Shown in pieces: positions 18,223 to 28,520 of a DNA stretch of 64,000 nt. Each line of letters opens with the position of its first letter. Within the stretch, counting starts at the first letter, position 1. A program made the position numbers and the translations under genes. Below the pieces are notes generated by a model, which saw only the letters and a program-made list of their open reading frames with translations, was not told the origin of the DNA and did not search any database. The stretch is from positions 1 through 64,000 of the forward strand of contig CAVVKN010000007.1 in NCBI GenBank assembly GCA_963748825.1, written 5' to 3'. The stretch is from Methanotrichaceae archaeon. GTDB lineage: Archaea; Halobacteriota; Methanosarcinia; Methanotrichales; Methanotrichaceae.

Positions 18223-19410
18223 ATGTCTGGAATGAATAATTACAGGAACTATGGATTGGCAATGCTATCGTTGTTCTTTTTGACCTTGAGCATTTCTTCC
18301 TCCATGGGGCAAGATGCATCGGAGAATAACTATCCGGGAGGAGCAACAATGATTCAGCCCGGTCAGGCAATACAGGACAGTATAAGCAAAGCCGGAGAGA
18401 TCGATTATTTCGTGCTTCCCGTAGATACGTCAGGCATTGTTTCCATATCATTAGACGGTGTACCCGCAGATATGAGAGCGCGCCTGGTCCTCACCAACGA
18501 GTATACTGGCCTATGGACCGGCTCTGCGGCGGTGGCCGATAAGACTGCCACCAATGCGGGTGATTCCCTCGTCCTGGAGAAGGATTTGCTCGGACCCAGC
18601 GGTTACTGGATCGCTGTTTTTGATGCAGATGGCAAAGCCCACAATACGCCCTACTCTTTGACAGCAGACTTCCGCCCGGCACCTGATACCAACGAGCCAA
18701 ATAACCTCATTGGAGATGCCACGATTGTAAAGCCCAACCAGGTAACTAAAGCCTACATCTGCCCAAGCAATGACGTGGATTACTATCGCCTGGATGTAAA
18801 CTCATCTGGAATCCTGGCCCTGAAGGTTGATGACGTTCCAGAGAATTTAAGACCGCGCGTAGCCGTCACCAACGAATACACGGGACTATGGACCGGCTCT
18901 GCGGCGGTGGCCGATAAGACTGCCACCAATGCGGGTGATTCCCTCGTCCTGGAGAAGGATTTGCTTGGACCCAGTGGCTACTGGATTGCCGTTTCAGATG
19001 CGGACGGCAAGGCCCAATCCGATCCACATACTCTGACTTTTGCATTCGAGCCGGCACCAGACGGCTACGAGCCCAACAATGATGTGGGCGATGCTGCCGA
19101 GGTCAAGCTGGAGCAGAGCCTTACTGCCTATGTCTGTCCCGGCAATGATATGGACTTCTACAAGCTTTTTATGAATACCCCAGGCGTTGTAACCTTCAAA
19201 ATAGATGGCGTTCCTGAAGATATGAGGCCGTATCTCTCGATCCGGGATAAGAACAACCGCCAGATTGCTGATAAGGCTGCCACCAATCCCGGAGACTCTC
19301 TGACTCTGGAAAAGGACTTGGGAGCGGGATGGAGCTATATCGCCGTATCGGATGCGGATAGTAAGGCACATAGCAAGCAATATGCTCTGACTTTAACTAC
19401 GGTGTCTTAG
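18223..19410 (+). CDS. Secreted protein with three PPC-like (pre-peptidase C-terminal) repeats
   Basis: Signal peptide; repeated EPNN...A / D.DYY units; DNA repeat ~18492-18613 = ~18867-18988. Confidence 0.85.
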   Translation: MSGMNNYRNYGLAMLSLFFLTLSISSSMGQDASENNYPGGATMIQPGQAIQDSISKAGEIDYFVLPVDTSGIVSISLDGVPADMRARLVLTNEYTGLWTGSAAVADKTATNAGDSLVLEKDLLGPSGYWIAVFDADGKAHNTPYSLTADFRPAPDTNEPNNLIGDATIVKPNQVTKAYICPSNDVDYYRLDVNSSGILALKVDDVPENLRPRVAVTNEYTGLWTGSAAVADKTATNAGDSLVLEKDLLGPSGYWIAVSDADGKAQSDPHTLTFAFEPAPDGYEPNNDVGDAAEVKLEQSLTAYVCPGNDMDFYKLFMNTPGVVTFKIDGVPEDMRPYLSIRDKNNRQIADKAATNPGDSLTLEKDLGAGWSYIAVSDADSKAHSKQYALTLTTVS

Positions 19411-19458
19411 ACAGATGTGATTAGAGGATGCTATTGATATTAGGGATGGGGAGGATCT

Positions 19459-22400
19459 ATGAGATGCATTTTGGTTATTAGCTTGGCAGTTGTTTTTGCT
19501 TCAATATTTCTGCCAATTTCGGCAGCAAAACTCCCATTACAGTCTTGTGACTGTAATGGGACTTATGAAGTAAATCAGTATTATACGACGGAGGAAGGCA
19601 AACGAGTAGATGGGCCTAAATTTTACCTTCAGTTAGAGGATAATTCTGCAGGTGGACGATTATCCCCTCATATGGTAAAAGGAAAGTCCAATGGAGTAAG
19701 CTTTGAGGGATATGCTGTGAATGCCTATGAAGGCTATTATAATAGAGTTCAGACGTTTCTTAATGGCACTTTTTGGCCAGCCGTATATCCTACCACTATT
19801 AAAACCAGGATTGAGCTCAATTTGTATGACAGCGATTGCACAACTATCAATGGATATTGGACAAATATCTACTCAGGGAATACTTATGTTAATCTAGAAG
19901 GCAAACGAGCATCTAGCGGAACCACTACAGAAGAAACTATCAGTCCCTCTAATACTGAATTAGCCGTGGACAGGGTAAAAGATTCTGCGGGAAATGACGA
20001 TGTATCTAATCCGCTAGCTATTATTATCAGCTTGAAAGAGAATGAAAACCTGGTTCCTAATGCCAAGCTGAAGGTTCATGCCTTCAATCTGCCTGGAAAC
20101 GATGAAAAGCTGGCTGATTACTTTACAGTTAGCAGTTGCACCAATTGTTTCTGGGGCTCCAAGGGAGACAAAAAGATCGCCTTGATTTGCGATGGCTTCA
20201 AGCCGATAAGTCCGGACAGCGGAGGGCCTTTACTGGGGCCAACTTCGAACCCAGGCAGTTCTGGATCATTTGAACCTAACTGCCCGCTTAAGCAGACCCC
20301 ATTGGAGGTGGTCACGGATGGAAATGGAATGGCGAAATTGGAATTCTTCCTTGATCTTGCGCAATTAGGTGATCAAGCTCCACGAAAGGGCCAGCCACTC
20401 TCAATTCCCGTAAAGGTTGAATATTGGGGCAAGGACGGCGCAAAGAAGATCGCTGAAAAAGAGATAGATCTTAATCTGGATTATGTAGGAGTAGTGGAAG
20501 GAATTACCTATGAGGCGCCGCCCGAATTGGATCGATTAACTGGAGATACCGTAATAGATTCGATAACTGGTAAACCCAAGGAGCAGAAAACAGGCAATCT
20601 AGTTGATTATTCAGGTGATCCGGGCACGAGTGCAGGATTAAACAGGTCCGATAGGGTCAGGATATCTGAAGAAGCCAAGCTGCTTCCGGAGGGAGTACCC
20701 ACTGGAAGGCCGCTCAAAGTCAAAGATAAATTGTATGTAGATGATAAGATATTAATTAATGCTGAGAACCTCAAAGTGACAAGAGGAAACATGGTAATGT
20801 CTGGGGGCCTCTGGGTTAGAATGCGGTTCTTTGACGGATTTGTGGGGAAAGTGGGAGTGAGCGGCAATGTGCCCTCGCATGTGGTTGTCATAGGGCCAAC
20901 CCCGGAGAAGACTGGTTTCACCAGTTGGACATCAAGTTTCATCCATTGGGGCTCAATGATTGGCTCTGAAATAGATTCAAGGGCAAATCCAAAGTCATAC
21001 ATGATAAAAGCAGGCATGAAACAAATAGCTCCCGAGCTTGTTCCCTATTATTCAGCCTATTCGAAGGGAAAGAAGATAAAAGAAGTTGTCGAATTGATCT
21101 ATGAGATGAAGCCCGTATACATCAGTGTAGAATCAGCAATAGCGGTTGATTACAATGATCAGGGGCAGATGCTGGTCACAACCCGTGAAGGAAATGCGAC
21201 CATATACACAGAGGCTACTGGTGAGGAAGGCTTTGCAGTCCCTGCTGGCAAGACCGCGGTCATCCCGTCTGATTTAATGCCAATCCTGAATGATACCGAT
21301 GTCAAGACCGCCCAGGATGCCGATGATCTCCTAGCAGACCTAGAAGATCCTTTCGCTTCCTCTCCTGTATTTACCGGATCAGGAGCATCTGCCTTGGGAG
21401 GTGCATCGGAAGGTGCATCGAGCACCAATGGCACTGCTCCTGGATCGGACGGTGCAGGAATGCCTGGCGCAGGCAACGCCACTGGTGAAAATGCCACAGC
21501 AAGCTCAGGAGGCGGCGTAACCACTGCAGGTGGCTCAAATACCCCTGGTGTTTCAGGCGCAGGAACCTCAACAACAACGACAAGCCCTAGCAACAACAAT
21601 CAGATTGGAGATGCTTCCGAGATCATGCTCTCTCAGCCTGTTGGCCAGGTCATCAATCCGGCCGGCTCCAGCAACTTCTATCGGTTCCATGCTGAAACTT
21701 CAGGAATCCTGGAGCTTAAGCTGGAGAGCATTCCCAAGGATATGAGGCCTGAAATCCATTTGCGCGATAAAAACTTTGGAGAGATTGCTTATAAATCCGC
21801 CTCCAATCCGGGAGATTCTCTCAGATTGGAGAGGGATATACTCGGGCCGGGCTGGTTTTATATCGAGGTCAGAGACCAGGATGGAAAAGCTCACAGTGAG
21901 TCCTATGCATTGAAGACGTCTTTCCAGCCCGCCCCTGACCGGTACGAGCCCAATCCTAACTTCTTCCGGTCTGCTGAGGTTAAATCTGCCCAGACGGTCG
22001 ATGCTTACATCTGCCCAGGCGGAGATGAGGACTACTACAGGATCTATGCAGATACCTCAGGAATCATCGAGCTGAAGCTGGAGGCAGTCCCCAAGGATAT
22101 GAAATCAGAGATATCGATCCGTGATATGAGCTCTACCCAGACAGCCTATGCTTCGGCCTCCAATGCAGGAGATAAGGTCCGCCTTGAGAAGGATGTGCAG
22201 GGGCCGGGTTGGTTCTACATCATGGTCAGAGATCTAAACGGAAAGGCATATAGTGAGCCGTATTCTCTGGCGGTCTCGTTCAAACCAGCTGCAGATCAGT
22301 ATGAGCCCAACCCCAACTTTTTTAGGGCTACGGAGATTGCCCTGGGCCAATCGATCAACGCTTACATCTGCCCTGGTGGAGACGAGGACTACTATAAGCT

Positions 22401-22653
22401 TCGGGTGGACGGCCAAAAGATACTGAACATCAAGCTAGAAAACGTCCCTGCGGATATGAAATCAGAGATATCCATCCGCGATAAGAGTTCCAGCCAGATA
22501 GCCTTTGCTTCGGCTTCCAATCCCGGAGACAAGGTTCGTCTGGAGAAGGATGTGCAGGGGCCAGGTTGGTTCTACATTATGGTCCGAGACCTAAATGGAA
22601 AGGCCTACAGTGAGCCGTACACCATTGCCATCAATGCAGGAGCAAGCGCATAG
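19459..22653 (+). CDS. Large secreted/surface protein with S/T/G linker and three C-terminal PPC-like repeats
   Basis: Signal peptide; G/S/T/A linker; D.YEPN...YICPGGDEDYY repeats homologous to the upstream gene. Confidence 0.85.
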   Translation: MRCILVISLAVVFASIFLPISAAKLPLQSCDCNGTYEVNQYYTTEEGKRVDGPKFYLQLEDNSAGGRLSPHMVKGKSNGVSFEGYAVNAYEGYYNRVQTFLNGTFWPAVYPTTIKTRIELNLYDSDCTTINGYWTNIYSGNTYVNLEGKRASSGTTTEETISPSNTELAVDRVKDSAGNDDVSNPLAIIISLKENENLVPNAKLKVHAFNLPGNDEKLADYFTVSSCTNCFWGSKGDKKIALICDGFKPISPDSGGPLLGPTSNPGSSGSFEPNCPLKQTPLEVVTDGNGMAKLEFFLDLAQLGDQAPRKGQPLSIPVKVEYWGKDGAKKIAEKEIDLNLDYVGVVEGITYEAPPELDRLTGDTVIDSITGKPKEQKTGNLVDYSGDPGTSAGLNRSDRVRISEEAKLLPEGVPTGRPLKVKDKLYVDDKILINAENLKVTRGNMVMSGGLWVRMRFFDGFVGKVGVSGNVPSHVVVIGPTPEKTGFTSWTSSFIHWGSMIGSEIDSRANPKSYMIKAGMKQIAPELVPYYSAYSKGKKIKEVVELIYEMKPVYISVESAIAVDYNDQGQMLVTTREGNATIYTEATGEEGFAVPAGKTAVIPSDLMPILNDTDVKTAQDADDLLADLEDPFASSPVFTGSGASALGGASEGASSTNGTAPGSDGAGMPGAGNATGENATASSGGGVTTAGGSNTPGVSGAGTSTTTTSPSNNNQIGDASEIMLSQPVGQVINPAGSSNFYRFHAETSGILELKLESIPKDMRPEIHLRDKNFGEIAYKSASNPGDSLRLERDILGPGWFYIEVRDQDGKAHSESYALKTSFQPAPDRYEPNPNFFRSAEVKSAQTVDAYICPGGDEDYYRIYADTSGIIELKLEAVPKDMKSEISIRDMSSTQTAYASASNAGDKVRLEKDVQGPGWFYIMVRDLNGKAYSEPYSLAVSFKPAADQYEPNPNFFRATEIALGQSINAYICPGGDEDYYKLRVDGQKILNIKLENVPADMKSEISIRDKSSSQIAFASASNPGDKVRLEKDVQGPGWFYIMVRDLNGKAYSEPYTIAINAGASA

Positions 22654-22795
22654 AGACAATTTTGGATCGAGGACGTGATCATCCTCCTGGCGAGGATTCA
22701 CGCCTCAACCATTTTTCGCCTGGAAAAAGAGATTGTTGTGCTGATCGGCAAATCGTGACATGTGTAATTATTAAGCTAAAGTGTGCAAAAGATGC

Positions 22796-23236
22796 CTATT
22801 CTCTATCTGCATTATCTGGTTTTATCCCCTCTCGTTCTAATGCCTTTAGCCATTTTCTATCTTCATTGCTCAGCCGTCTCTCATACAGAGTTCCGATAGC
22901 CAGAAATTTGCTGCTCAGTCCGTCCCAAGATCGATCCAAAGACCGGGGCAAAAGAGTTCGTCGTCCTTTGCCCTTGCTTGAATTGCATACAACGCAACAG
23001 GCAACAAGATTATCCAGAGTGTCGAATCCGCCTTCATCTTCCGATTTTATATGATCAACGGTTGCACCACTACTTTTCAGAGGTTCCTCTTTCCAGTGGG
23101 CATCCCACTGATTATTGCCTGGTTCATGCATGTCAAGTACCTTAATGGCCTGGGCCAAGAATAATCGAGCACCACAATATCGACATATAAAGCCGTCACG
23201 AACGAGCACGTTAGCTTTTGTGTTTATATTCGGCAT
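22796..23236 (-). CDS. HNH endonuclease
   Basis: RDGFICRYCG...TVDHI....GG...LDNLVACCVVCNSSKG; ATG at 23236 with GGAGG RBS. Confidence 0.9.
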   Translation of the reverse strand: MPNINTKANVLVRDGFICRYCGARLFLAQAIKVLDMHEPGNNQWDAHWKEEPLKSSGATVDHIKSEDEGGFDTLDNLVACCVVCNSSKGKGRRTLLPRSLDRSWDGLSSKFLAIGTLYERRLSNEDRKWLKALEREGIKPDNADRE

Positions 23237-23301
23237 CGAATCCTCCTGGTTCCCAATTGTGGCCACCCTGTTCTCAATTTGCGTCCTACTCTTGGGCACT
23301 T

Positions 23302-24225
23302 TCAGAGCCCTCCCCCCAGAGACAGCCCCGCTTGCAGCAGCACATCGGCAATTATGGCCGCAAAAAGCACAGCACGGTAGTTGGCTGACTGGTAGAACAG
23401 CTGCTCCCCCCTCTGGGCCGTCGGGTGGCGCACGAAGTCCAGATTCTGTAGCAGAAGCCAGCCACCTGCTGCAGACGCAGCGGCCAGGTAGAGCCATCCC
23501 AGATTCGCAGCAAGGCCCAGGGCTAGAGAGAGAATGATCCCGATGATCCAAAAGCCAGCCACCATCTTGGCCGTGGCCGCAATTCCAAAGGTAGCGGGGG
23601 TTGTAGGAATGCCTTTCTCTTTATCGCCAGCCACATCTCTTGAGGCATCGCAGTTTGTAAAGCCCCAATCGGTGATGACGATCATGGCCGCCAGGATCAG
23701 GGCTGCAGGATGCAGGCCCGGTCCGGATTTGAGAAGACCGGCCGGTTCCAGTGCCAGCCAGACGCCCAGGGGCACCAGGCCGAAGGACAGCCCCACAAAG
23801 ATCCAGGAGAAGGGCGTATTTCTCTTGGCCCAGGCGGAATAAATGGTGATGAGCAGCGTAGCGGCCAGGAGGATCGCAAAGCTCTCCGGGTTGAGGTATA
23901 GGGCCACAGCTGCAGCTACAAGAAAAAGAAATAGCGACCAGAGCGAAGCCTCGCGCTTGCTCAGCATGGCCGAAGGCAGGGGACGACTCGGCATAGCGAT
24001 GCTGTCCACGTCGATGTCGCAGCAATCGTTGTAGACATAGGAGCTGGTGATGGCACAGTAGGCTCCAATGGCGGCTATGATAAATGGCAGCAAAGCTGGC
24101 AGGGCCCCCTCCACGGCGTAAACGGCTAGTAGGGCAGCGGCTGCGGGCATGGCCAGATCCATTGCCGCGAGGGGCGGGCGTAGCAGCTCGATATGTGCCC
24201 TGAATCTGGAAAGGCTTTGATGCAT
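23302..24225 (-). CDS. UbiA-family prenyltransferase
   Basis: YNDCCDIDVD...PSRPLPS and D..RDVAGDKEKG Asp-rich motifs; multiple TMs. Confidence 0.92.
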   Translation of the reverse strand: MHQSLSRFRAHIELLRPPLAAMDLAMPAAAALLAVYAVEGALPALLPFIIAAIGAYCAITSSYVYNDCCDIDVDSIAMPSRPLPSAMLSKREASLWSLFLFLVAAAVALYLNPESFAILLAATLLITIYSAWAKRNTPFSWIFVGLSFGLVPLGVWLALEPAGLLKSGPGLHPAALILAAMIVITDWGFTNCDASRDVAGDKEKGIPTTPATFGIAATAKMVAGFWIIGIILSLALGLAANLGWLYLAAASAAGGWLLLQNLDFVRHPTAQRGEQLFYQSANYRAVLFAAIIADVLLQAGLSLGGGL

Positions 24226-24960
24226 TCAGATGAGCCCCGCGAAGAGCTCCAGATGCTCCTCGGGCTTTGTCAGGTAATCCAGAAGACCTGGCTCCCTTAG
24301 CGATGGATACATCTCCCGGCCCTTGGCCAGCCCGAGTTTGCGAAGGCTCGAGCTGTCGGGCGCTTGCACCCGGCGCAGCTGTGCCGCCTCAGGGCATCGA
24401 TCGTTCTTTGTCCAGCCCTCCCTGGTGAAAAAGTAAGCTCCCCCAGCCTTCTCCTTGTAGGGATCGTAAAGCGATGAGAAGTTCCTGGCCACGAAGTTGG
24501 CCATCTTCAGCGTCTTATTGGAGCGGTTTATGGTGATGTGGCCGTAACCGGGCGGCACGAGGACCTTGTCACTCGCTGAGGCGTAGACCGCTACCACATC
24601 GCTGAGGTCCTGGTTTTGCAGAAGGTAAAGTGCTTCACCTTCTATTACCTCGTAAAGCTCCGGGTAGGTGACGCTGCCACCGGGCACAAGCGGATGGTAA
24701 TGGCCGGCCGTCTTGATGTATTCGCGACCGAGCATGTTTGGTGGAATAATAGTGATATCATAACGTAGATCCTGCTGTAGGAGCTTCTCTTTATCTGCCC
24801 GGCTCAAGGAAAGGTCGCGATACATGTAATAAAGCTCAAAGTCCTCTGCTCCGGCAAGCCAGCTTTGATCAAAGATCACTCCCTTCATATCGATTAGCCG
24901 ACGAACGTCGCCATCTAGTCCCTTGCCACCAAATTCAAGTTGCATCTTTTCTGTCACCAA
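24226..24960 (-). CDS. pgi: Cupin-type glucose-6-phosphate isomerase
   Basis: LRYDITII, KTAGHYH...YPELYEV..G and VPPGYGHITIN motifs. Confidence 0.88.
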   Translation of the reverse strand: MVTEKMQLEFGGKGLDGDVRRLIDMKGVIFDQSWLAGAEDFELYYMYRDLSLSRADKEKLLQQDLRYDITIIPPNMLGREYIKTAGHYHPLVPGGSVTYPELYEVIEGEALYLLQNQDLSDVVAVYASASDKVLVPPGYGHITINRSNKTLKMANFVARNFSSLYDPYKEKAGGAYFFTREGWTKNDRCPEAAQLRRVQAPDSSSLRKLGLAKGREMYPSLREPGLLDYLTKPEEHLELFAGLI

Positions 24961-25116
24961 ATGATAATGAGGATTTTCAGGATTAAATACGATCGCATTT
25001 TCGGCCGATCTTCTCTTTCCAGTAAAAGAGTAAAAGCACAGCTAAGGTCGGCCAATTCAAAGGCGATATTTAGTCCTTCATCCGGATCTACCGGATATCT
25101 TCAGTTGTCCTGGTTT

Positions 25117-25566
25117 TTAGCAGGCCTGTGGGCTGGTGATGGTAAAGTACTCTGTGAGCACCTTCCTGTAGTCCACAATCACATCCACCTTCCAGGTTCC
25201 CGGCAGGCGGGCGACGTCTGTTCCCTTGATCTTAAGGCAGCTCCAGACTGGTGCGGCCCACATTCCCGTAAATCCATCGATGGGCGGTATGGTGCTGAAA
25301 GACCGGGCATATGTCCTGCCCTCCGGCCAGTACCATCTCCACTCTACGCTGTGTACCTTGGCGTCCCGCCAGATGAGCAGCCAGGAGGCGACCTGCTCGT
25401 CATTGGAGGTATATGTATACGTCCTGTAAAGCGGCATACCGTTCGGGCTGATCTCTTTGGCGATGGTATGTTCGGAAAGCGGAAAGAACATGGGATGGGA
25501 TGCTTGACCTACCCCGCCCATGAGCAAAACCGCCAGAACGACTATTGCTAGAACTCTTTCTCTCAT
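25117..25566 (-). CDS. Secreted Ig-like hypothetical protein
   Basis: Signal peptide; WRWYWPEG...PGTWKVDV beta-sandwich pattern. Confidence 0.7.
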   Translation of the reverse strand: MRERVLAIVVLAVLLMGGVGQASHPMFFPLSEHTIAKEISPNGMPLYRTYTYTSNDEQVASWLLIWRDAKVHSVEWRWYWPEGRTYARSFSTIPPIDGFTGMWAAPVWSCLKIKGTDVARLPGTWKVDVIVDYRKVLTEYFTITSPQAC

Positions 25567-25772
25567 TGCTCCTCACCCATTACTCCGTAAGTTTATTGCG
25601 ACCCTAATAGTATAATAATTAACTGTACCATAAAAAGATGACGATTGATAGGTGGGCGAAAATGTCTGAAGCCTTACTGGGCAGCAGCTGCAGCCCTTAA
25701 GAAATATGCTCCCGGATTTTTTAATAGACAATCCTCGCGAAGGCATTTTTTTACAGATATCTCTAGAAACTA

Positions 25773-26405
25773 TTAAACCAATAACGTGCTTATGCCCCGT
25801 TCTCTGGCAATTTCTCCAGGAAGATCTATCACGCTCGATGCGGCATCGATCACATTTCCGTCACTGGTGGCAACTATGGATCCGCATACCTTGAGCTGAT
25901 GGTCGACATCCCTGGCGCACCTGGCCTCTCCTGGCAGATCCCGCTCTGCGATCAGTCCCCGCACCTCTTTGGCCAGTTCTCCGCTGCGGCTAATTTGCTG
26001 ATCCAAGAGCACCTCTACGCGAGCAGGCCTGGCCTCAACCAGCAGATCCAAAATCTCGGAGAACGCGCAAACGGTAATCTTCGATGCTTTATAGCTTCTG
26101 AAAAATCCTCGCGTATCTCTCAGAAAGCCGTCGTCGCAGAGATAGACGGGATATCCGCCCAAGAGGCTCTCCGTGGTGATGAGGGTGTTGTATCCGTCTA
26201 CGAACACCGCCCTGCCGCAGAGAGTATGCAGCCGCAGAGCTTTGGCCATTCTGCTTAGCGCCGTATCTGCAGAAACGATCGCCCTCAGGAGCACAAACCT
26301 CTGCTCCTCCGGCAGGCGGTGGTGATCGGAGACATAGCGAACTGCAGAGTCACTGGGATAGCCGCGATCTACCAAGTACCTGGCCTCCTGGGCAGCACGT
26401 TTCAG
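25773..26405 (-). CDS. DUF434 domain (PIN-like) protein
   Basis: LKRAAQEARYLVDRGY...V.DHH.L, VDGYNTLIT.E, CDDGFLRD and ATSD motifs; exact start uncertain. Confidence 0.85.
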   Translation of the reverse strand: MKRAAQEARYLVDRGYPSDSAVRYVSDHHRLPEEQRFVLLRAIVSADTALSRMAKALRLHTLCGRAVFVDGYNTLITTESLLGGYPVYLCDDGFLRDTRGFFRSYKASKITVCAFSEILDLLVEARPARVEVLLDQQISRSGELAKEVRGLIAERDLPGEARCARDVDHQLKVCGSIVATSDGNVIDAASSVIDLPGEIARERGISTLLV

Positions 26406-26935
26406 CTCAGCTCCCGTCTTTGCGCCGACCTTCTCACCTCCTGATAGAGATCCTTTCCATGGGCGTCTACGGCCACGATCATGGGGCCGAATTCTTTGGC
26501 CTCAAACTCCCAGAGGGACTCGGCCATGCCCAGTTCCGGCAGGTGCACGCCTCTTACCTGAAGCTGCTGGGCAGCGGCAGCGCCGCAGCCACCCGGATAG
26601 GCCAGATAGACGGCGCGGTTTTGGAAGGGCTCGCCGGGCAGGCCGCCCTTGCCAATGATGGCCCGTACTCCCAGGTCCAGGATCTCATCCGTGTAGCGGG
26701 CCATGCGACCGCTGGTGGTCGGCCCGGCGGAAAGAACCCGGTTGTCCAAGATGAGTGGACCGCAGTGATAGAGGGCGGCCCCCTCGAGGGAGACGGGGCA
26801 TCCCACCCGGCGCATAAGGGCGTGGGCTTTGTCGCGAGCGGTGAAGAGCGGCCCGCTCAGAAATACCACATCTCCGGCCACGAGCTTTTCCACATCCGCG
26901 TCCGAAAGAGGCGTATGGAGATGGTACTCGGTCAT
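26402..26935 (-). CDS. Fe-S hydro-lyase (fumarate hydratase/tartrate dehydratase) beta subunit
   Basis: LSGPLFTARDKAH, YHCGP, AGPTTSGRM, IGKGG, LGMAE and VAVDAHG motifs. Confidence 0.92.
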   Translation of the reverse strand: MTEYHLHTPLSDADVEKLVAGDVVFLSGPLFTARDKAHALMRRVGCPVSLEGAALYHCGPLILDNRVLSAGPTTSGRMARYTDEILDLGVRAIIGKGGLPGEPFQNRAVYLAYPGGCGAAAAQQLQVRGVHLPELGMAESLWEFEAKEFGPMIVAVDAHGKDLYQEVRRSAQRRELS

Positions 26936-27738
26936 TGGATCACCTCCGTTGCAGAGCGGTTGGCCCAGCACTGAAAGTTTATGGCCACGGGCAAAGAGGC
27001 GGTGTGGCAAAAGGCCTTCTCGATTTTTATGCCAAGAGCTGTCGTTTCCCCGCCCAGACCCATGGGACCGATGCCGAGTGAATTGATCCTCTCCAAAAGC
27101 TGCAGCTCCTCCTGGGATTCGCCGGGCATGTTGAGCAGAGCCCGCTTGGCCAGGCGCGCTGCCAGGTCGAAGCTGCCGCCCAGGCCAATGCCCAGGAAGA
27201 GGGGCGGACAGGCATTGGCGGCGCGCTCGGCGACGCTCCTCACAATGAAATCAAAGGGATCGTCGGCGGGATTGAGCATGCCAACCAGGCTCATGTTCTC
27301 CGAACCTGCCCCTTTGGGAAAGGCGGTGAGCTGCAGGCCCCTGCCATCTACATAATCCAGAATAATGTCGGGCATGCCGGGGCCGGTGTTATCCCCGCTG
27401 TTCTGGCGGGTCTGAGGATGGACGGCGTTGGGGCGAAGCGGGATCTTTTTTGTGGCGATTCTTACGCCCTCAGCTATTGCTTCAGAAAGGCTGAAGTCCA
27501 AAATCAGGTCGCGGCCCATCTGCACATGAAAGACTGCAAGGCCCGTGTCCTGGCAGAGGGGCAACCCCCTTTCCCCGGCGATCAACACATTCTCCAGCAT
27601 GAACTGCAGATGGTGCCTGGCGAGGGGATGGCTCTCCCTGGCAGCTGCCTTTTCGATTCTCTGCAGGACCCAGTCGGGCAGAGACGTCTCCGCTCTTTGC
27701 AGGGCACGCACCGTGGCCTCTACCACCTTCTCTCTCAT
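26932..27738 (-). CDS. Fe-S hydro-lyase (fumarate hydratase/tartrate dehydratase) alpha subunit
   Basis: PLCQDTG, PKGAGSEN, ACPP, GIGPMGLGG, HTASLPV..N.QCWA motifs. Confidence 0.93.
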   Translation of the reverse strand: MREKVVEATVRALQRAETSLPDWVLQRIEKAAARESHPLARHHLQFMLENVLIAGERGLPLCQDTGLAVFHVQMGRDLILDFSLSEAIAEGVRIATKKIPLRPNAVHPQTRQNSGDNTGPGMPDIILDYVDGRGLQLTAFPKGAGSENMSLVGMLNPADDPFDFIVRSVAERAANACPPLFLGIGLGGSFDLAARLAKRALLNMPGESQEELQLLERINSLGIGPMGLGGETTALGIKIEKAFCHTASLPVAINFQCWANRSATEVIQ

Positions 27739-28469
27739 GCCCTCTGCCCCTTCTTGCCCGGCTCAATCTTGATGGGCTTGGACTGCTCGGGCAGCTTGAG
27801 GTTGGTCAGCTTGCCCAGAGCTCTTTCCATGGCATCTTTGTGCAGGTCTCCTGAGGTGTGGATGCCTCCAGGAGTTCCGCGCACAGCGCGGCAGGGATAC
27901 TGCTGGCAGAAGAGGCCGGTCATGGAAGCCGCCTCATCCACGGTCTTTCCCACTATGCCCGCCGCTGCATGCCAGGTGGCTCCGCAGGGCGAACCGCGCA
28001 CCACTTTTACCTGGCTGATGCGCCCGTCCTTCGTCTCCACATCCAGCTCGGGCTTGCCAAGTTTCTGGGCAAACTCGTCGATGACTGGAACGCCGCACTC
28101 TTCCAGGGTGCAGCAGATCTCATCAACCTCGATATGTATGCCGTACTTCTCTGCGATCCTCTCCAGCTCGCCGATGGAGCCGGCCCGGCCGATGCCTCCG
28201 GGAATTATGGCAGCTTTGACTCCGCCGATCCCAGCCAGGCGCACGATCTCCGGAGTCAGGTCGGGATGGAAGGTATAGAGAATGAGCAGATCCGCCTGGA
28301 AGATCCTGGGATCAAGGTTTAGCTCTTTGACAAACTCTACCGGGTCCTCGATGAAGCCGGGCAGCACCTGGGGAACCTCGACGGATACGACTGCAAAGTC
28401 CGTCCTGGTCTTGATGGTCTCTAAAAGGCGCTCGCCGTACTTTCCTCTCTTAACTACGCCAACCAGCAT
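27735..28469 (-). CDS. DUF166 family protein
   Basis: HPDLT, CC.L, GKP, VRGSPCGAT and YPCRA...IH..G motifs. Confidence 0.8.
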   Translation of the reverse strand: MLVGVVKRGKYGERLLETIKTRTDFAVVSVEVPQVLPGFIEDPVEFVKELNLDPRIFQADLLILYTFHPDLTPEIVRLAGIGGVKAAIIPGGIGRAGSIGELERIAEKYGIHIEVDEICCTLEECGVPVIDEFAQKLGKPELDVETKDGRISQVKVVRGSPCGATWHAAAGIVGKTVDEAASMTGLFCQQYPCRAVRGTPGGIHTSGDLHKDAMERALGKLTNLKLPEQSKPIKIEPGKKGQRA

Positions 28470-28520
28470 GCTAGAACATCCGCCAGGCGTGTTAATATCC
28501 TTGCCGGATAAAGGATAATT

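Noticed and set aside
18492-18988. Near-identical ~120-bp repeats as DGR template/variable repeats
   Set aside because: Both are in-frame domain repeats 375 bp apart with mostly synonymous differences; no adenine-biased pattern and no reverse transcriptase gene
23237-23551. N-terminal extension of the HNH ORF (251 aa in the ORF track)
   Set aside because: Overlaps ubiA in another frame; a GGAGG RBS supports ATG 23236
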